A stretch of DNA of 64,000 bases, taken from Spirochaetia bacterium (GTDB lineage Bacteria > Spirochaetota > Spirochaetia > UBA9216). Position numbers and translations under genes: made by a program. How positions within the stretch are numbered: position 1 is the first letter of the stretch; the number at the start of each line of letters is the position of its first letter. The notes beneath the pieces were generated by a model, which was not told the DNA's origin, searched no databases, and saw only the letters and a program-made list of their open reading frames with translations. Shown piece after piece: positions 19,723 through 29,153 of this stretch. Location: the NCBI GenBank assembly GCA_963675665.1, contig OY776510.1, forward strand, positions 5,086,564 through 5,150,563, written 5' to 3'.

Positions 19723-22296
19723 TTAAGGGGCCTCCGTATCGGCGGTTAGCGGGTAGCTTTCGCTCTGCAGGTTAATCTCCGACAGGGCCGTTTGAAAATC
19801 GGCATTGCTCTGATAGATGCTGAAATCACTCGTGGTAGAAGCACCAGTAACCGGCTCGGTCCAGACAAATTTTGCATAGCTGTTTTCCTGACTCGGATCA
19901 GGATGATCATACAGGTACAAAACCGCTGTATTTAAGTCGCCGTCGATATAGGCCATTGAGGCGTGTCCTTCATATTCAGGAGTACTGAGGTTTGGTCGTC
20001 CCCAATGGAGTAGGGCCTGCGAGCCGTCGCTGTAAAATTCATATTCCTGGGTTCCATAGCCGTCATCAGGAAGATACCAGGTGCCGCCAAGTTCGATCAG
20101 GCTGGAATAATCCGGATGTATTGAAAAATTATAGACGCCGGTGCTGCTGTTTATCGAGACGGTAGACGCGCCGTAATATCCGGAATAATCTCCGGACAGG
20201 GGCTGCCCGAAGGTACCCGATGTATTCACGGCGCCGTAGAGGTAGTAGCTTCCTGACGGAACATTAGTAATCAGAAAACACATTGAGTTGCTGGTACTGC
20301 AATAGCCGCCGCCTGTTGCGACCTGGCCGTTGCCTCCGTCCTGATCAGTATCCAGGGCCGCCCAGTATGCAGCACCGCTCCAGTCAACACCTTCTGGCAG
20401 CGACATGGTCCCCCTGACAATATAACCGCTGGAGTTCTTCTCTCCACTCAGGACGAATGTTTCATCAATCGAGGAATCCGAGCCGTAGTCATAAGTCCCC
20501 AACCCTTCAACCGTTCCGTCTGAATCAACAACCCCGCAAATATCCGCCGTCACTACCTGCGGAGCAGTAAAATCATGATTAAGAGAAAAGTCTCCGGTAG
20601 AGGAGTTTAATGTACCGGTTGCAGTGTATTCTCCTGTAACAGTAAGAAAGGTCACTGTTGCGGTACTGCCGTTTACTTCCAGGGTCCATACTCCGGCATT
20701 TGAGTCTTCCGGATTGCCTGTGGTGGATGACAATATCTCAGTACTCCCCCCGTAAAGGCCGTTGTAATCAAGCGAAGCAACAACTTCAACCGTTCTTGTT
20801 ACCCAAACCGCGCTGTTTCCGTCGGTATCGGTTTCCGAATACGTAAATACATATGTGTCAGGCGTATCAATGTCGAATTCATCATCATCTGAAGCCGTGA
20901 TTGTATAGTCGTCATTTATTCCCCAGTCACGGACGGTTGCCTCCGGATCGGTGAAATCTCCGCCGACCTCCACGCTCATTGAAGCATCGCCGTTCAGATA
21001 AATGACGGGGGGCACAAGATCAGCCGAAATATAGGCAGTTGCAGTACGCTCATCAGCCGCGGCGGTACGGGCGGCATTAACTGTAAAATAACCTGCAGTC
21101 CAGCTCTGCTCAAAAACCCCGTCGACGGGCTCAGTCCATTCAACTTTGAAGTACTCTTCACCGCTCAGAGCTATCCCGTAATTGGCATCATTGTCATATT
21201 CAACCATTGTTCCGCTGTCTACTGTAGAACCGGAATTGGTAACCACTGAATATGAATCATCACCCGGATTTGACTGGTAAAGATAACCGGTGCTGTTATC
21301 CCAGAAATAATATGCTTCTGGAATTTCAATCGGGGGCGGATCAATTACCGTTACCGTTCTTGTTATCGACTCGGCCGCATTCCCGTCCAGATCAGTTGCG
21401 TTATAAGTCAGCGTATAATCGTCAGGCGTTGAAGTATCAACTTCATCTTCACTGTAAACCGTCCAGGTCCCGTCGACATTATCCGTGGCTGTTGCGCCCG
21501 GGTCGGTAAAGTCGCTTCCGTATGACACCGTCATCGGATCATCGCCGAGCAGGCTTAAAACCGGGGCCACGGCATCGGCTGCAGCGCGTCTTTCAACATC
21601 AATTGTGTATGTTTTTAAAGTTTCGCCGTCTTCCGCAGTTACTTTCACTGAAACAATATTGCTGCCGGTTACAAGCGCTACCGGACCTGATTCTGCGCCT
21701 GAAACAGCAGCAGCGCCGTTTACAGTCATTGAAGCCGCCGAATCGCTGAGCACAGCTGTTACGGTTATTGATTCCGTATCATCCGGAACGCTTGATTCGT
21801 ACGAGATAACCGATGAGGCAAATTGAGGATCAAGATAGCCGACGCTTAATTCAAGAGCGGTTAAATCCGCATTATCCGAATATACCGGTTCCGGTCTTGT
21901 TATTTTCAATGTATACGAAACAGCATCGCCATCATCCGGAGTGACAACAACCGCAACTGTTGTTGTTCCGTAGGATAAATCAATGCTAATACTGCTGCCG
22001 CTTGTCAGCGCCTGCCCGCCTACCGAAAGGCTTGCTCCGCTTAATTCGGCCGCGAGTTCGATGAAAATGGAAGAAAGGGCTGAATTCACGGTTACTTCAA
22101 CAGTCGCGGTTTCGGCTGAAAACGAGACCTGTTTCACATAGGGTTCTCCGCCGGCATTTCCGCTTAAAGAAAGCGATACGGAGACTGATCCCGCAACCGG
22201 AGGGAGCGTTTCAGGACAGCCTGAAAAGAACATAACACTCATCGTAACCATCAATAATAGAACAATGTACTTGATTGACTTTCTTATTCCAAACAT
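19723..22296 (-). CDS. Large acidic surface lipoprotein with cadherin-like beta-sandwich and DUF5011/Ig-like repeats
   Basis: Lipobox FFSGC; NADLTAL...VTAEDG.T.KTYTI cadherin-like unit; two P(V/I)..L.GD..M.V..G.DFTDP.AT..D repeats. Confidence 0.8.
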   Translation of the reverse strand: MFGIRKSIKYIVLLLMVTMSVMFFSGCPETLPPVAGSVSVSLSLSGNAGGEPYVKQVSFSAETATVEVTVNSALSSIFIELAAELSGASLSVGGQALTSGSSISIDLSYGTTTVAVVVTPDDGDAVSYTLKITRPEPVYSDNADLTALELSVGYLDPQFASSVISYESSVPDDTESITVTAVLSDSAASMTVNGAAAVSGAESGPVALVTGSNIVSVKVTAEDGETLKTYTIDVERRAAADAVAPVLSLLGDDPMTVSYGSDFTDPGATATDNVDGTWTVYSEDEVDTSTPDDYTLTYNATDLDGNAAESITRTVTVIDPPPIEIPEAYYFWDNSTGYLYQSNPGDDSYSVVTNSGSTVDSGTMVEYDNDANYGIALSGEEYFKVEWTEPVDGVFEQSWTAGYFTVNAARTAAADERTATAYISADLVPPVIYLNGDASMSVEVGGDFTDPEATVRDWGINDDYTITASDDDEFDIDTPDTYVFTYSETDTDGNSAVWVTRTVEVVASLDYNGLYGGSTEILSSTTGNPEDSNAGVWTLEVNGSTATVTFLTVTGEYTATGTLNSSTGDFSLNHDFTAPQVVTADICGVVDSDGTVEGLGTYDYGSDSSIDETFVLSGEKNSSGYIVRGTMSLPEGVDWSGAAYWAALDTDQDGGNGQVATGGGYCSTSNSMCFLITNVPSGSYYLYGAVNTSGTFGQPLSGDYSGYYGASTVSINSSTGVYNFSIHPDYSSLIELGGTWYLPDDGYGTQEYEFYSDGSQALLHWGRPNLSTPEYEGHASMAYIDGDLNTAVLYLYDHPDPSQENSYAKFVWTEPVTGASTTSDFSIYQSNADFQTALSEINLQSESYPLTADTEAP

Positions 22297-22396
22297 ACTC
22301 TTTTCCTTGATATATTTTTCAAATGGGACTTATTTCTGTTTGAAGTATATCATTTACAGGATGATTAACCCGGATTATTGGAGCACGTGCGCCAAA

Positions 22397-23341
22397 TCAT
22401 GAACGGTAGCGAACATCGTCAAACAGCCGGAGCCGCCATCCGCGCGTCTTTATATCTCTGGGGTTTTCGGAAACAGGCACAATTGTGCCAATCTGGATCA
22501 GTTCAAGATACTTTTTTATATCATTTACCCGGTTTTTATAGTTGCGGTAATTAGCGCATGAGGTAGCCTTCCAGTTCCCGGCAGTACACTCCCTGCAGTG
22601 CGGATCTTCCGTCCCGTCCGCTTTCAGCCGGCTGAAAAGCTCACTGCAGTTCTGAGAATTGTTTTCCGCTGAAAGAAACGCATGTATAAAATCACATTCC
22701 TGGGGACTGAGCATTGACGATATGTTCCTGTCGTCGAAATAAAGACTGTCGTCGAAATAAAGACTGTCGCCTGAATAGTGAAGCCTGTGGTTGGCCCTCT
22801 CCCAGAGGTTCGCTGCCGCAAAAATCATAAGCAGACCGATTACCCCGTTGACCAGGTTATAGGCTGTAGACTCAATCCACCGGGGCTCGGCTCTTGTTAC
22901 TATCGCATACGACATCATCATAAGCCAGGAAACCCACAGGATAACTATTACAATTGTGCCGATAGTAAGAGTCCTGTATACCGGAGTTCTTTTTTTAACC
23001 AGCCTGAGAGAATCTATTTTTATAATTAAGAGAATGTAATAAAGCAATACTGCCTGTGTTCCATATGTATGAAAATCACGATGGTATAATCTTCCTCCTG
23101 CACTTGCTGTTATTATAAGTACTGCAAGACTGAAAAAGAACACGGGAATGAAGACTCTTGCTTTTTTAAAACGTGAAGTAAAAAAAGGAAGAAAAAAAGC
23201 AGCAATTGCCGATATCAGCATGTAGAGGAATTCCGGAACACCCGCGGCAGCAACACTTATAGTGCCTGACGGATTTAAAAACACCATGAGTTCAATCACA
23301 ATCCATGCCACTGCCGAGATAATCGGTACAGAAATCGCCAT
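22397..23341 (-). CDS. Multi-pass membrane protein with a C-terminal winged-helix-like, Cys-rich cytoplasmic domain
   Basis: About 6 TM segments, then LSPQE...C..L...CxxC...C...RVNDIKKYL...GWRL. Confidence 0.65.
   Translation of the reverse strand: MAISVPIISAVAWIVIELMVFLNPSGTISVAAAGVPEFLYMLISAIAAFFLPFFTSRFKKARVFIPVFFFSLAVLIITASAGGRLYHRDFHTYGTQAVLLYYILLIIKIDSLRLVKKRTPVYRTLTIGTIVIVILWVSWLMMMSYAIVTRAEPRWIESTAYNLVNGVIGLLMIFAAANLWERANHRLHYSGDSLYFDDSLYFDDRNISSMLSPQECDFIHAFLSAENNSQNCSELFSRLKADGTEDPHCRECTAGNWKATSCANYRNYKNRVNDIKKYLELIQIGTIVPVSENPRDIKTRGWRLRLFDDVRYRS
22728..22769. repeat. 18-bp in-frame tandem duplication (2.3 copies)
   Basis: CTGTCGTCGAAATAAAGA x2 + CTGTCG, encoding DSLYFD-DSLYFD. 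Confidence 0.9.
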
Positions 23342-23444
23342 ATTGTTCTACATAATAAGGCATAATCCGGAACATGACCAATATTTTTTTGATTCCGATT
23401 TATTAATCATCCGTAAGAATGTAGAATATACAAAAGGAGAAGCT

Positions 23445-24317
23445 ATGCAGGAATTGTCAGCCGAGACGCTAAACGAAGTAATTGCAGATCAGAAAAACGA
23501 ACTTGACGCATCAATAATTTACGGCAAGATCGCGAAAAAAATGAAAGATGATAACAACCGGAAAATTCTTTCAAAAATTGCCGAGGATGAAAAAAAGCAT
23601 TACCTGATTCTAAAAAACTATTCGGGAAGAGATGTTAAGCCGCGCCGCTTCAAAATACTGATGTTCCTGTTCTTCGCAAGGGTGTTCGGTATAACATTCG
23701 CATTCAAACTTCTTGAAAACGCCGAAGGAGAGGCCCATACCGGCTACCGGAAAATTTCATCGGCACTCCCTGAACTGAAAAAAATTATTGATGATGAGGA
23801 ACGGCATGAGCGGGAACTTATCGATATGCTTAATGAAAAAAAACTCGATTACATAGGCTCAATTGTCCTGGGCCTAAACGACGCGCTTGTCGAATTGACC
23901 GGAGCGCTTGCGGGGTACACCTTTGCCATTCAGGACAGCAGAAACATTGCATTGCTGGGTCTTATCACAGGGATATCAGCTTCTCTTTCAATGGGAGCAA
24001 GCGAATATCTGTCCAAAAAACAGGAAAAAGAAGACAAGGCGTTCAGTTCAAGCCTGTATACCGGCATAGCATACATTATAACTGTTATGCTCCTGGTTCT
24101 CCCGTTTCTGCTGTTGTCGAATCCCTTTATAAACCTCGGAATAACAGTCGGAATAGCTGTCCTGATCATCTTCTTCTTCAATTACTACATTTCGGTTGCA
24201 AAAGACCTTTCATTCAGACACAGATTCCTGGAGATGGCCGCAATCAGCGTGGGTGTTGCAATTATCTCATTCCTTATAGGATGGGCCGTAAGAACGTTTT
24301 TGGGATTTGAGCTTTAG
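23445..24317 (+). CDS. Rubrerythrin-like domain fused to a VIT1/CCC1 iron transporter
   Basis: DE..H diiron motifs (DEKKH, DEERH); GSIVLGLNDALVELTG; SMGASEYLS; AGGAG SD before ATG 23445. Confidence 0.88.
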   Translation: MQELSAETLNEVIADQKNELDASIIYGKIAKKMKDDNNRKILSKIAEDEKKHYLILKNYSGRDVKPRRFKILMFLFFARVFGITFAFKLLENAEGEAHTGYRKISSALPELKKIIDDEERHERELIDMLNEKKLDYIGSIVLGLNDALVELTGALAGYTFAIQDSRNIALLGLITGISASLSMGASEYLSKKQEKEDKAFSSSLYTGIAYIITVMLLVLPFLLLSNPFINLGITVGIAVLIIFFFNYYISVAKDLSFRHRFLEMAAISVGVAIISFLIGWAVRTFLGFEL

Positions 24318-24419
24318 CTGGATTAGGATATAACGGCCGTCTGTTGTTATCAGCAAAAGCGGTGAGTTACCTTCGCGGCTCCTGCTCAGCGATGATGATT
24401 TCGACAAAAAGTAACGCTG

Positions 24420-25922
24420 TTAAATTGAAGTTTCTTCTTTATTCTTTCTTTTTTCCCTGTACATTTCAAAATCTGCGGTCTGTATCATCTTCTCAATATC
24501 TTTATCAGCGCTGCAGGATACACAGAACCCTGCCGACAGACTGAGGTTGTGAGTGGTTTTAATATTAATTTTTGCAATATTCTCCCGGAGTCGTTTTACC
24601 AGTTTTGCTGCAAGTTCATGTTCGCATTCAGTTATCAGAACAACAAACTCATCGCCGCCTATCCGAAAAATGTAGTCGGTTTCCCTGAAAGTATTTTTCA
24701 GAGTCTCTGCAGCCTGCTGTATGAGCACATCACCTTCAGCATGGCCCAGGGTATCATTCACAGTCTTCAACCCGTCGATATCTACAGAAAAAACGCCGCC
24801 CGGACGAAAATCCGTTTCACCCATGATAATCTTGTTAAAATATGCCCTGTTATAAACACCGGTAAGCGCGTCATGATAACTGGTATATTCATATTGATTT
24901 CTGGAAATAACCAATTCTTCATAACGCTGAGCATTTGAAATAGCCAGCGATGCAATTTTTATGATTGAATTAAAAAGATCAGTGTATTTATCAACATGTT
25001 TCGGGAAAAGAAAATCTCCAACCTCAATAATTCCGAATTTCTCGTCTCCGGATTTGAGCAATGCATAAAAGGTTTTATTTTCAGAGTCCATTATATACAC
25101 TTGCTCTTCTTTAAATTCCAGAGTTTTTATTTTCCGGGGCGCATCAGCCCAATCTTCGCTGTAATTCCAGAAACAGCTTTTTGAGGCACCGAAGAGGATC
25201 GTCCAGATATGATCAAGCATTGATATAACATCCCGTTTGTATTCAGCGCCGGCTATTCTGGACATGATATGCAAAACAGCTGAGTTTCTTGCATTCATAT
25301 CCATCAACGCACGCATGTCATCCTGCTTTTCAGTCTTCAGATTTCGGACCCTCCAATCGGTGACAATGCTTTTAAGAAGTGTTCTTATCGGCTCAAGACT
25401 AACCGGAATTGATCTGACCGGAAGGTCCAGATAAGCCGAAAGAGCTTTCAGCTTCTTGTCGGCCTCATCATAGATCCCGGTGTCGAGAAAAACAATTTTA
25501 CTGCAGCAGCTTTTGTAAAATTCCCGGGCTGTCCCGATAGTAAATCCCTGCCTCTTTATATGTTCTTCCCAGTTGACAAGCCAGCCTGTTGTTACGACAT
25601 AATATCCTTCCGCGGAAAAAAAACGGGCAAACTGGTCGCTGATCATGTGGGAATAGCAAAAAGCCGATTCGTAAACCGATAAAAACTTTTTATCATACTC
25701 ATCTTTTCTGGGGGCCCTGCAGAGGTGACTGCATACAAGTACGGCAGCTTCATCGGGATTCGGTTTTTCCGCAATGCCGTTCTGAGAATTAAAAACAGGA
25801 ATACCGCCGTCGCAAAAACTGTGAAAAGGAACAATATCCAGGTTTTCAGGCCCCTCATTTTCTACGAGATACCGGAATTCGGGGAGATAGTTCTCACATA
25901 CATATACTGATAATCGGTTCAT
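24420..25922 (-). CDS. Diguanylate cyclase with an N-terminal DUF1638-like Cys-rich domain and GAF-like linker
   Basis: DALTGVYNR, DIDGLKTVND.LGH.EGD, RIGGDEF with RETD I-site; N-domain GYYVVTTGWL and IVFLDTG. Confidence 0.85.
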   Translation of the reverse strand: MNRLSVYVCENYLPEFRYLVENEGPENLDIVPFHSFCDGGIPVFNSQNGIAEKPNPDEAAVLVCSHLCRAPRKDEYDKKFLSVYESAFCYSHMISDQFARFFSAEGYYVVTTGWLVNWEEHIKRQGFTIGTAREFYKSCCSKIVFLDTGIYDEADKKLKALSAYLDLPVRSIPVSLEPIRTLLKSIVTDWRVRNLKTEKQDDMRALMDMNARNSAVLHIMSRIAGAEYKRDVISMLDHIWTILFGASKSCFWNYSEDWADAPRKIKTLEFKEEQVYIMDSENKTFYALLKSGDEKFGIIEVGDFLFPKHVDKYTDLFNSIIKIASLAISNAQRYEELVISRNQYEYTSYHDALTGVYNRAYFNKIIMGETDFRPGGVFSVDIDGLKTVNDTLGHAEGDVLIQQAAETLKNTFRETDYIFRIGGDEFVVLITECEHELAAKLVKRLRENIAKINIKTTHNLSLSAGFCVSCSADKDIEKMIQTADFEMYREKRKNKEETSI

Positions 25923-26974
25923 TTCCTTTTTCCGTAGCCACCAGGCGGGTAGCGTCCGTATTCCTCTGCAGCCATGGATACAGCAAGAAGAGTTTTTTCC
26001 GGTACCTGCAAAGGTATTTCTCCATGAGAGTCCGACAGGATGAAACCGCCTCCCGGAGCTGCAGTTTTAACCAAAGCCCTGACTTTTTCAACGGCTGTTT
26101 CTTTATCCCATTCAGCCATTTCTATTCCGTTTAGGTTTCCCAATAACGTTATTCTTCCGGTCGAGACGTCTTTTATATGCTTCAACTCTTCGCCTGTCCC
26201 TATCCCGACAATCGGGCTGCCGAGGTTAATTATATCTTCCATTACCTGCAAAACCCTTCCGGAAGCAAGATGCACAGCAACCGGACCTTCTATTCCGGTA
26301 ATTGTCCGACTGTCTACAGGGTAACCTGCAGACAGATACAATGACCTGTCGATCATATCCGGAGACATCAGCGGATTAAAATAGCCGATGGCTGTTGCAC
26401 CTGCCTTGAATTGTGCATTTGCGTAATTTATACAAAACTGTCGGTTAACCTGCATCAAACGGTCAAACCTCGGCCTGTCAAAATATAATAGTTTCAGATA
26501 TTTCTCAAATCCCATCTGCATTACGGGCAAAGAAAAAGGAGACATTACAATTCCGATAACAGGCACTTTTCCGTTTGAATGAATCGCAAGTTCTCTGGTT
26601 ACCTCAAGCACCTGTCTGAGGACAGGTACATCATCGATATCAGGTACTTCCATTGAATCAATATCGCTGCTTTTCCCGATGATACCTTCTCCGGCATTCG
26701 GAGGGGTTTCCGGTTGAAAGAGTACTTCTCCGCCCCACGCCTGTACTTCAACAGCAGCATAATGAAATGTATAATAACAGTCGGTCTGATACTTTTTCTG
26801 CATATGAATCTGTGTTTTAATAACATTTTCAGCCACTGAAAAGTAATTTTTAACCGAACAGCCCATTTCCTTGGCACCGTAGTGTGAAAACAGGAAGAAG
26901 ACTGGTACTCTGTCGGGCTCCTTGTGGCCAAGCGTTTTCAGAACCCTTTCCATCGACGTCATATCACTATTCAC
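25919..26974 (-). CDS. MtaA/CmuA-like methylcobamide methyltransferase (uroporphyrinogen decarboxylase family)
   Basis: MTSMERV...EPDRVPV, AVEVQAWGG, PFSL, LLGNL, GGGFILS; GTG start at 26974 after GGAGGGG. Confidence 0.85.
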   Translation of the reverse strand: MNSDMTSMERVLKTLGHKEPDRVPVFFLFSHYGAKEMGCSVKNYFSVAENVIKTQIHMQKKYQTDCYYTFHYAAVEVQAWGGEVLFQPETPPNAGEGIIGKSSDIDSMEVPDIDDVPVLRQVLEVTRELAIHSNGKVPVIGIVMSPFSLPVMQMGFEKYLKLLYFDRPRFDRLMQVNRQFCINYANAQFKAGATAIGYFNPLMSPDMIDRSLYLSAGYPVDSRTITGIEGPVAVHLASGRVLQVMEDIINLGSPIVGIGTGEELKHIKDVSTGRITLLGNLNGIEMAEWDKETAVEKVRALVKTAAPGGGFILSDSHGEIPLQVPEKTLLAVSMAAEEYGRYPPGGYGKRK

Positions 26975-27620
26975 AGCCGCCCCTCCATGAATCCAGGTTT
27001 CCTGATAAATTCTCCAGAATCCCGAATATTTCTCCGGCATTCCCGGCACCCCGGCAGGCGCCTACTTTCTTATACAGATTCCGATCAAGCCGGAACGGCG
27101 CTCCGCCGACGACAATCGGTACTTCAGGACATTCCCGGGACATCCGGGAGGACAACTCCTGTACAGCCAGGGCAGAAGGAAACATAAGCACTGATACAAG
27201 AAGAATCTGTATCTTGTACTCACGGATTTTAGAAATGATCTTTTCCGCATCAACTCCTGTACCAAGATCAAAAACAGGATACCTGTAATTTCTTACCAGG
27301 CTGGAGACAATCTTCATTCCAAGGCTGTGATGATCAAGATAGACTGCAGCCCCGATAACGGGAAGAGACTCATCAGTCCTGTCTGATTCAGATAAAAGCG
27401 TCTTCAAAATCTCCTCACATATAACACCGCTCATATACACCTGAGCAAGAGATACTTCACCGGATTCCCAGTTTGCCCCGACCTTTTCAAGCGCATACAT
27501 CAGAGTCTCTCCCATACCGGTAATACCCTTCTCTTCTACCGCCTCTCTTAAAATTTTATCTACGCCGGTTCGGTCAACCGAAACAAGCCCTTCATATAAA
27601 GCCTGAACTGAATTATCCAA
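26967..27620 (-). CDS. Cobalamin-binding corrinoid protein (cap domain + B12-binding domain)
   Basis: ALEKVG..WESGEVSLAQVY cap; DHHSLG (DxHxxG), DLG, VSVLM, VGGAPF. Confidence 0.88.
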   Translation of the reverse strand: MDNSVQALYEGLVSVDRTGVDKILREAVEEKGITGMGETLMYALEKVGANWESGEVSLAQVYMSGVICEEILKTLLSESDRTDESLPVIGAAVYLDHHSLGMKIVSSLVRNYRYPVFDLGTGVDAEKIISKIREYKIQILLVSVLMFPSALAVQELSSRMSRECPEVPIVVGGAPFRLDRNLYKKVGACRGAGNAGEIFGILENLSGNLDSWRGGCE

Positions 27621-27833
27621 ATCCGATACTCCTTTGCCAGTTATTTAAAGAAAAGATCATCAGAGATCATTTAATGATAATTCATTCAGAATTGTAATGC
27701 AAGAAAGATCATAAACCGTTATGAACAGAGAAAAATCATCCGTAAGAATGCAGAGTACGGGCACCTCTGATAACCCTCGGAATAACGGCCGTCGGCCCTT
27801 CACAGAATCTTCATGCTCGGATAAAATACTGCG

Positions 27834-28877
27834 ATGAAACATAGACTTACAGCACTGATGCTTTTATCAGTAATAACTATAACCGGCCTTTCTGCACTGG
27901 GAACAAAAGAACAAAAGCTTGAATCGCATACGTTTTTCGCGCTTGGAACAACCTGTACCGTCAGCATTTACGGCGGAACAGAGCAGAACTTTTCCGAAAT
28001 TGAAACGATTATAACAGGCATCGAGAACCGCATGAGCGTCAACATTGACGACAGCGAGATCAGCATGATCAATAAAGCCTCGGGCAGCAATGCCGTTACT
28101 GTATCTTCCGACGTTTACAGCGTTATAGCAGCCGGTCAGCACTTTTCCGAACTCAGTAAAGGCAGATTCGATATCAGCATCGGGCCGCTTGTTCAGCTCT
28201 GGGATATCGGAGGCGGCGGGAACACAGTTCCTTCCGAAGAAGCAATAAAAGAGGCTCTTGCGCTGGTTGATTATTCCGGGGTTGAAATTGTTCCGGCAGC
28301 CGATAACAACGAGGGCGGAAGCATTTACCTGCCGAGAGCGGGAATGGCTCTTGAACCCGGCGGCATAGCAAAAGGGTATGCCGCGGATGCGGCGGCGGCT
28401 TATCTTCGGGACAACGGAACAAGTTCAGCCTTAATAAATTTCGGAGGGAATGTCCTTGCAGTCGGTTCCAAAAGTGACGGCTCAAAATGGCGTATCGGGA
28501 TTCAAAATCCCGACTCCAGCCGCGGCGATTATATCGGTATTGTTCCGGTAGAAGAAAAAGCCGTTGTTACATCGGGCAAATATGAACGGTTCTTTATAGG
28601 AGCCGACGGGCTGCGTTATCACCATATTTTGAGCACTGAAACCGGCTATCCGGTAGAAAACGGAATTGCGCAGGTCAGTATTATAGCTACCGAATCAATG
28701 ACGGCAGACGCCTTGTCGACAGCCGTATTCTCACTCGGCCTTGAAGACGGCATGGCTCTTGTTGACAGTATTTCCGGTGTTGAAACAGTTATAGTCATGG
28801 AAAACGGAAATATTTACATAACAGAAAATCTGAAAGCTGTTTTCCAGCTGACGGACAATAATTTTTCAGTACAATAA
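27834..28877 (+). CDS. apbE: FAD:protein FMN transferase
   Basis: ALGT, FDISIGPLVQLW, GGIAKGYAAD, NFGGN, TSGKYERFF, YHHI, ADALSTA. Confidence 0.93.
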   Translation: MKHRLTALMLLSVITITGLSALGTKEQKLESHTFFALGTTCTVSIYGGTEQNFSEIETIITGIENRMSVNIDDSEISMINKASGSNAVTVSSDVYSVIAAGQHFSELSKGRFDISIGPLVQLWDIGGGGNTVPSEEAIKEALALVDYSGVEIVPAADNNEGGSIYLPRAGMALEPGGIAKGYAADAAAAYLRDNGTSSALINFGGNVLAVGSKSDGSKWRIGIQNPDSSRGDYIGIVPVEEKAVVTSGKYERFFIGADGLRYHHILSTETGYPVENGIAQVSIIATESMTADALSTAVFSLGLEDGMALVDSISGVETVIVMENGNIYITENLKAVFQLTDNNFSVQ

Positions 28878-28920
28878 CCGGAAACTTCAACAATACCGAC
28901 TACGGTTTCAATTCAAAACC

Positions 28921-29153
28921 TTGATCTCATGGTATTTATCGGGTATATTTGGAAGAAAGAACAGGAGTGTCCTTGTAAGATGAAGAGATAGAAATAGAGT
29001 TTACAGATTATTCGGGTTTACCGACTGTTTTACTCTTTTTCGATCACAGATTCATACAGAGGGCATTTTTTTGTTTGCATAATTTTCATGCTTATTATTC
29101 CGTATTAATTACAATTGATGCCCTGACATATCCCAAAATACCGGAGGCATCAA
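28921..29153 (+). promoter_or_regulatory. ABC-F promoter and attenuator-like leader (short uORF, terminator, RBS-sequestering hairpin)
   Basis: TTGATC-N17-TATATT; AGGAG; ATG AAG AGA TAG at 28980-28991; long stem 28967-29066 followed by T7; TTGATGCC/GGCATCAA stem over the RBS. Confidence 0.65.

Noticed and set aside
23262-23444. N-terminal extensions in the ORF track (also 19417, 27049, 45143, 45300, 59596)
   Set aside because: They overlap neighbouring genes or promoter boxes; better starts with an SD or -10 box lie downstream
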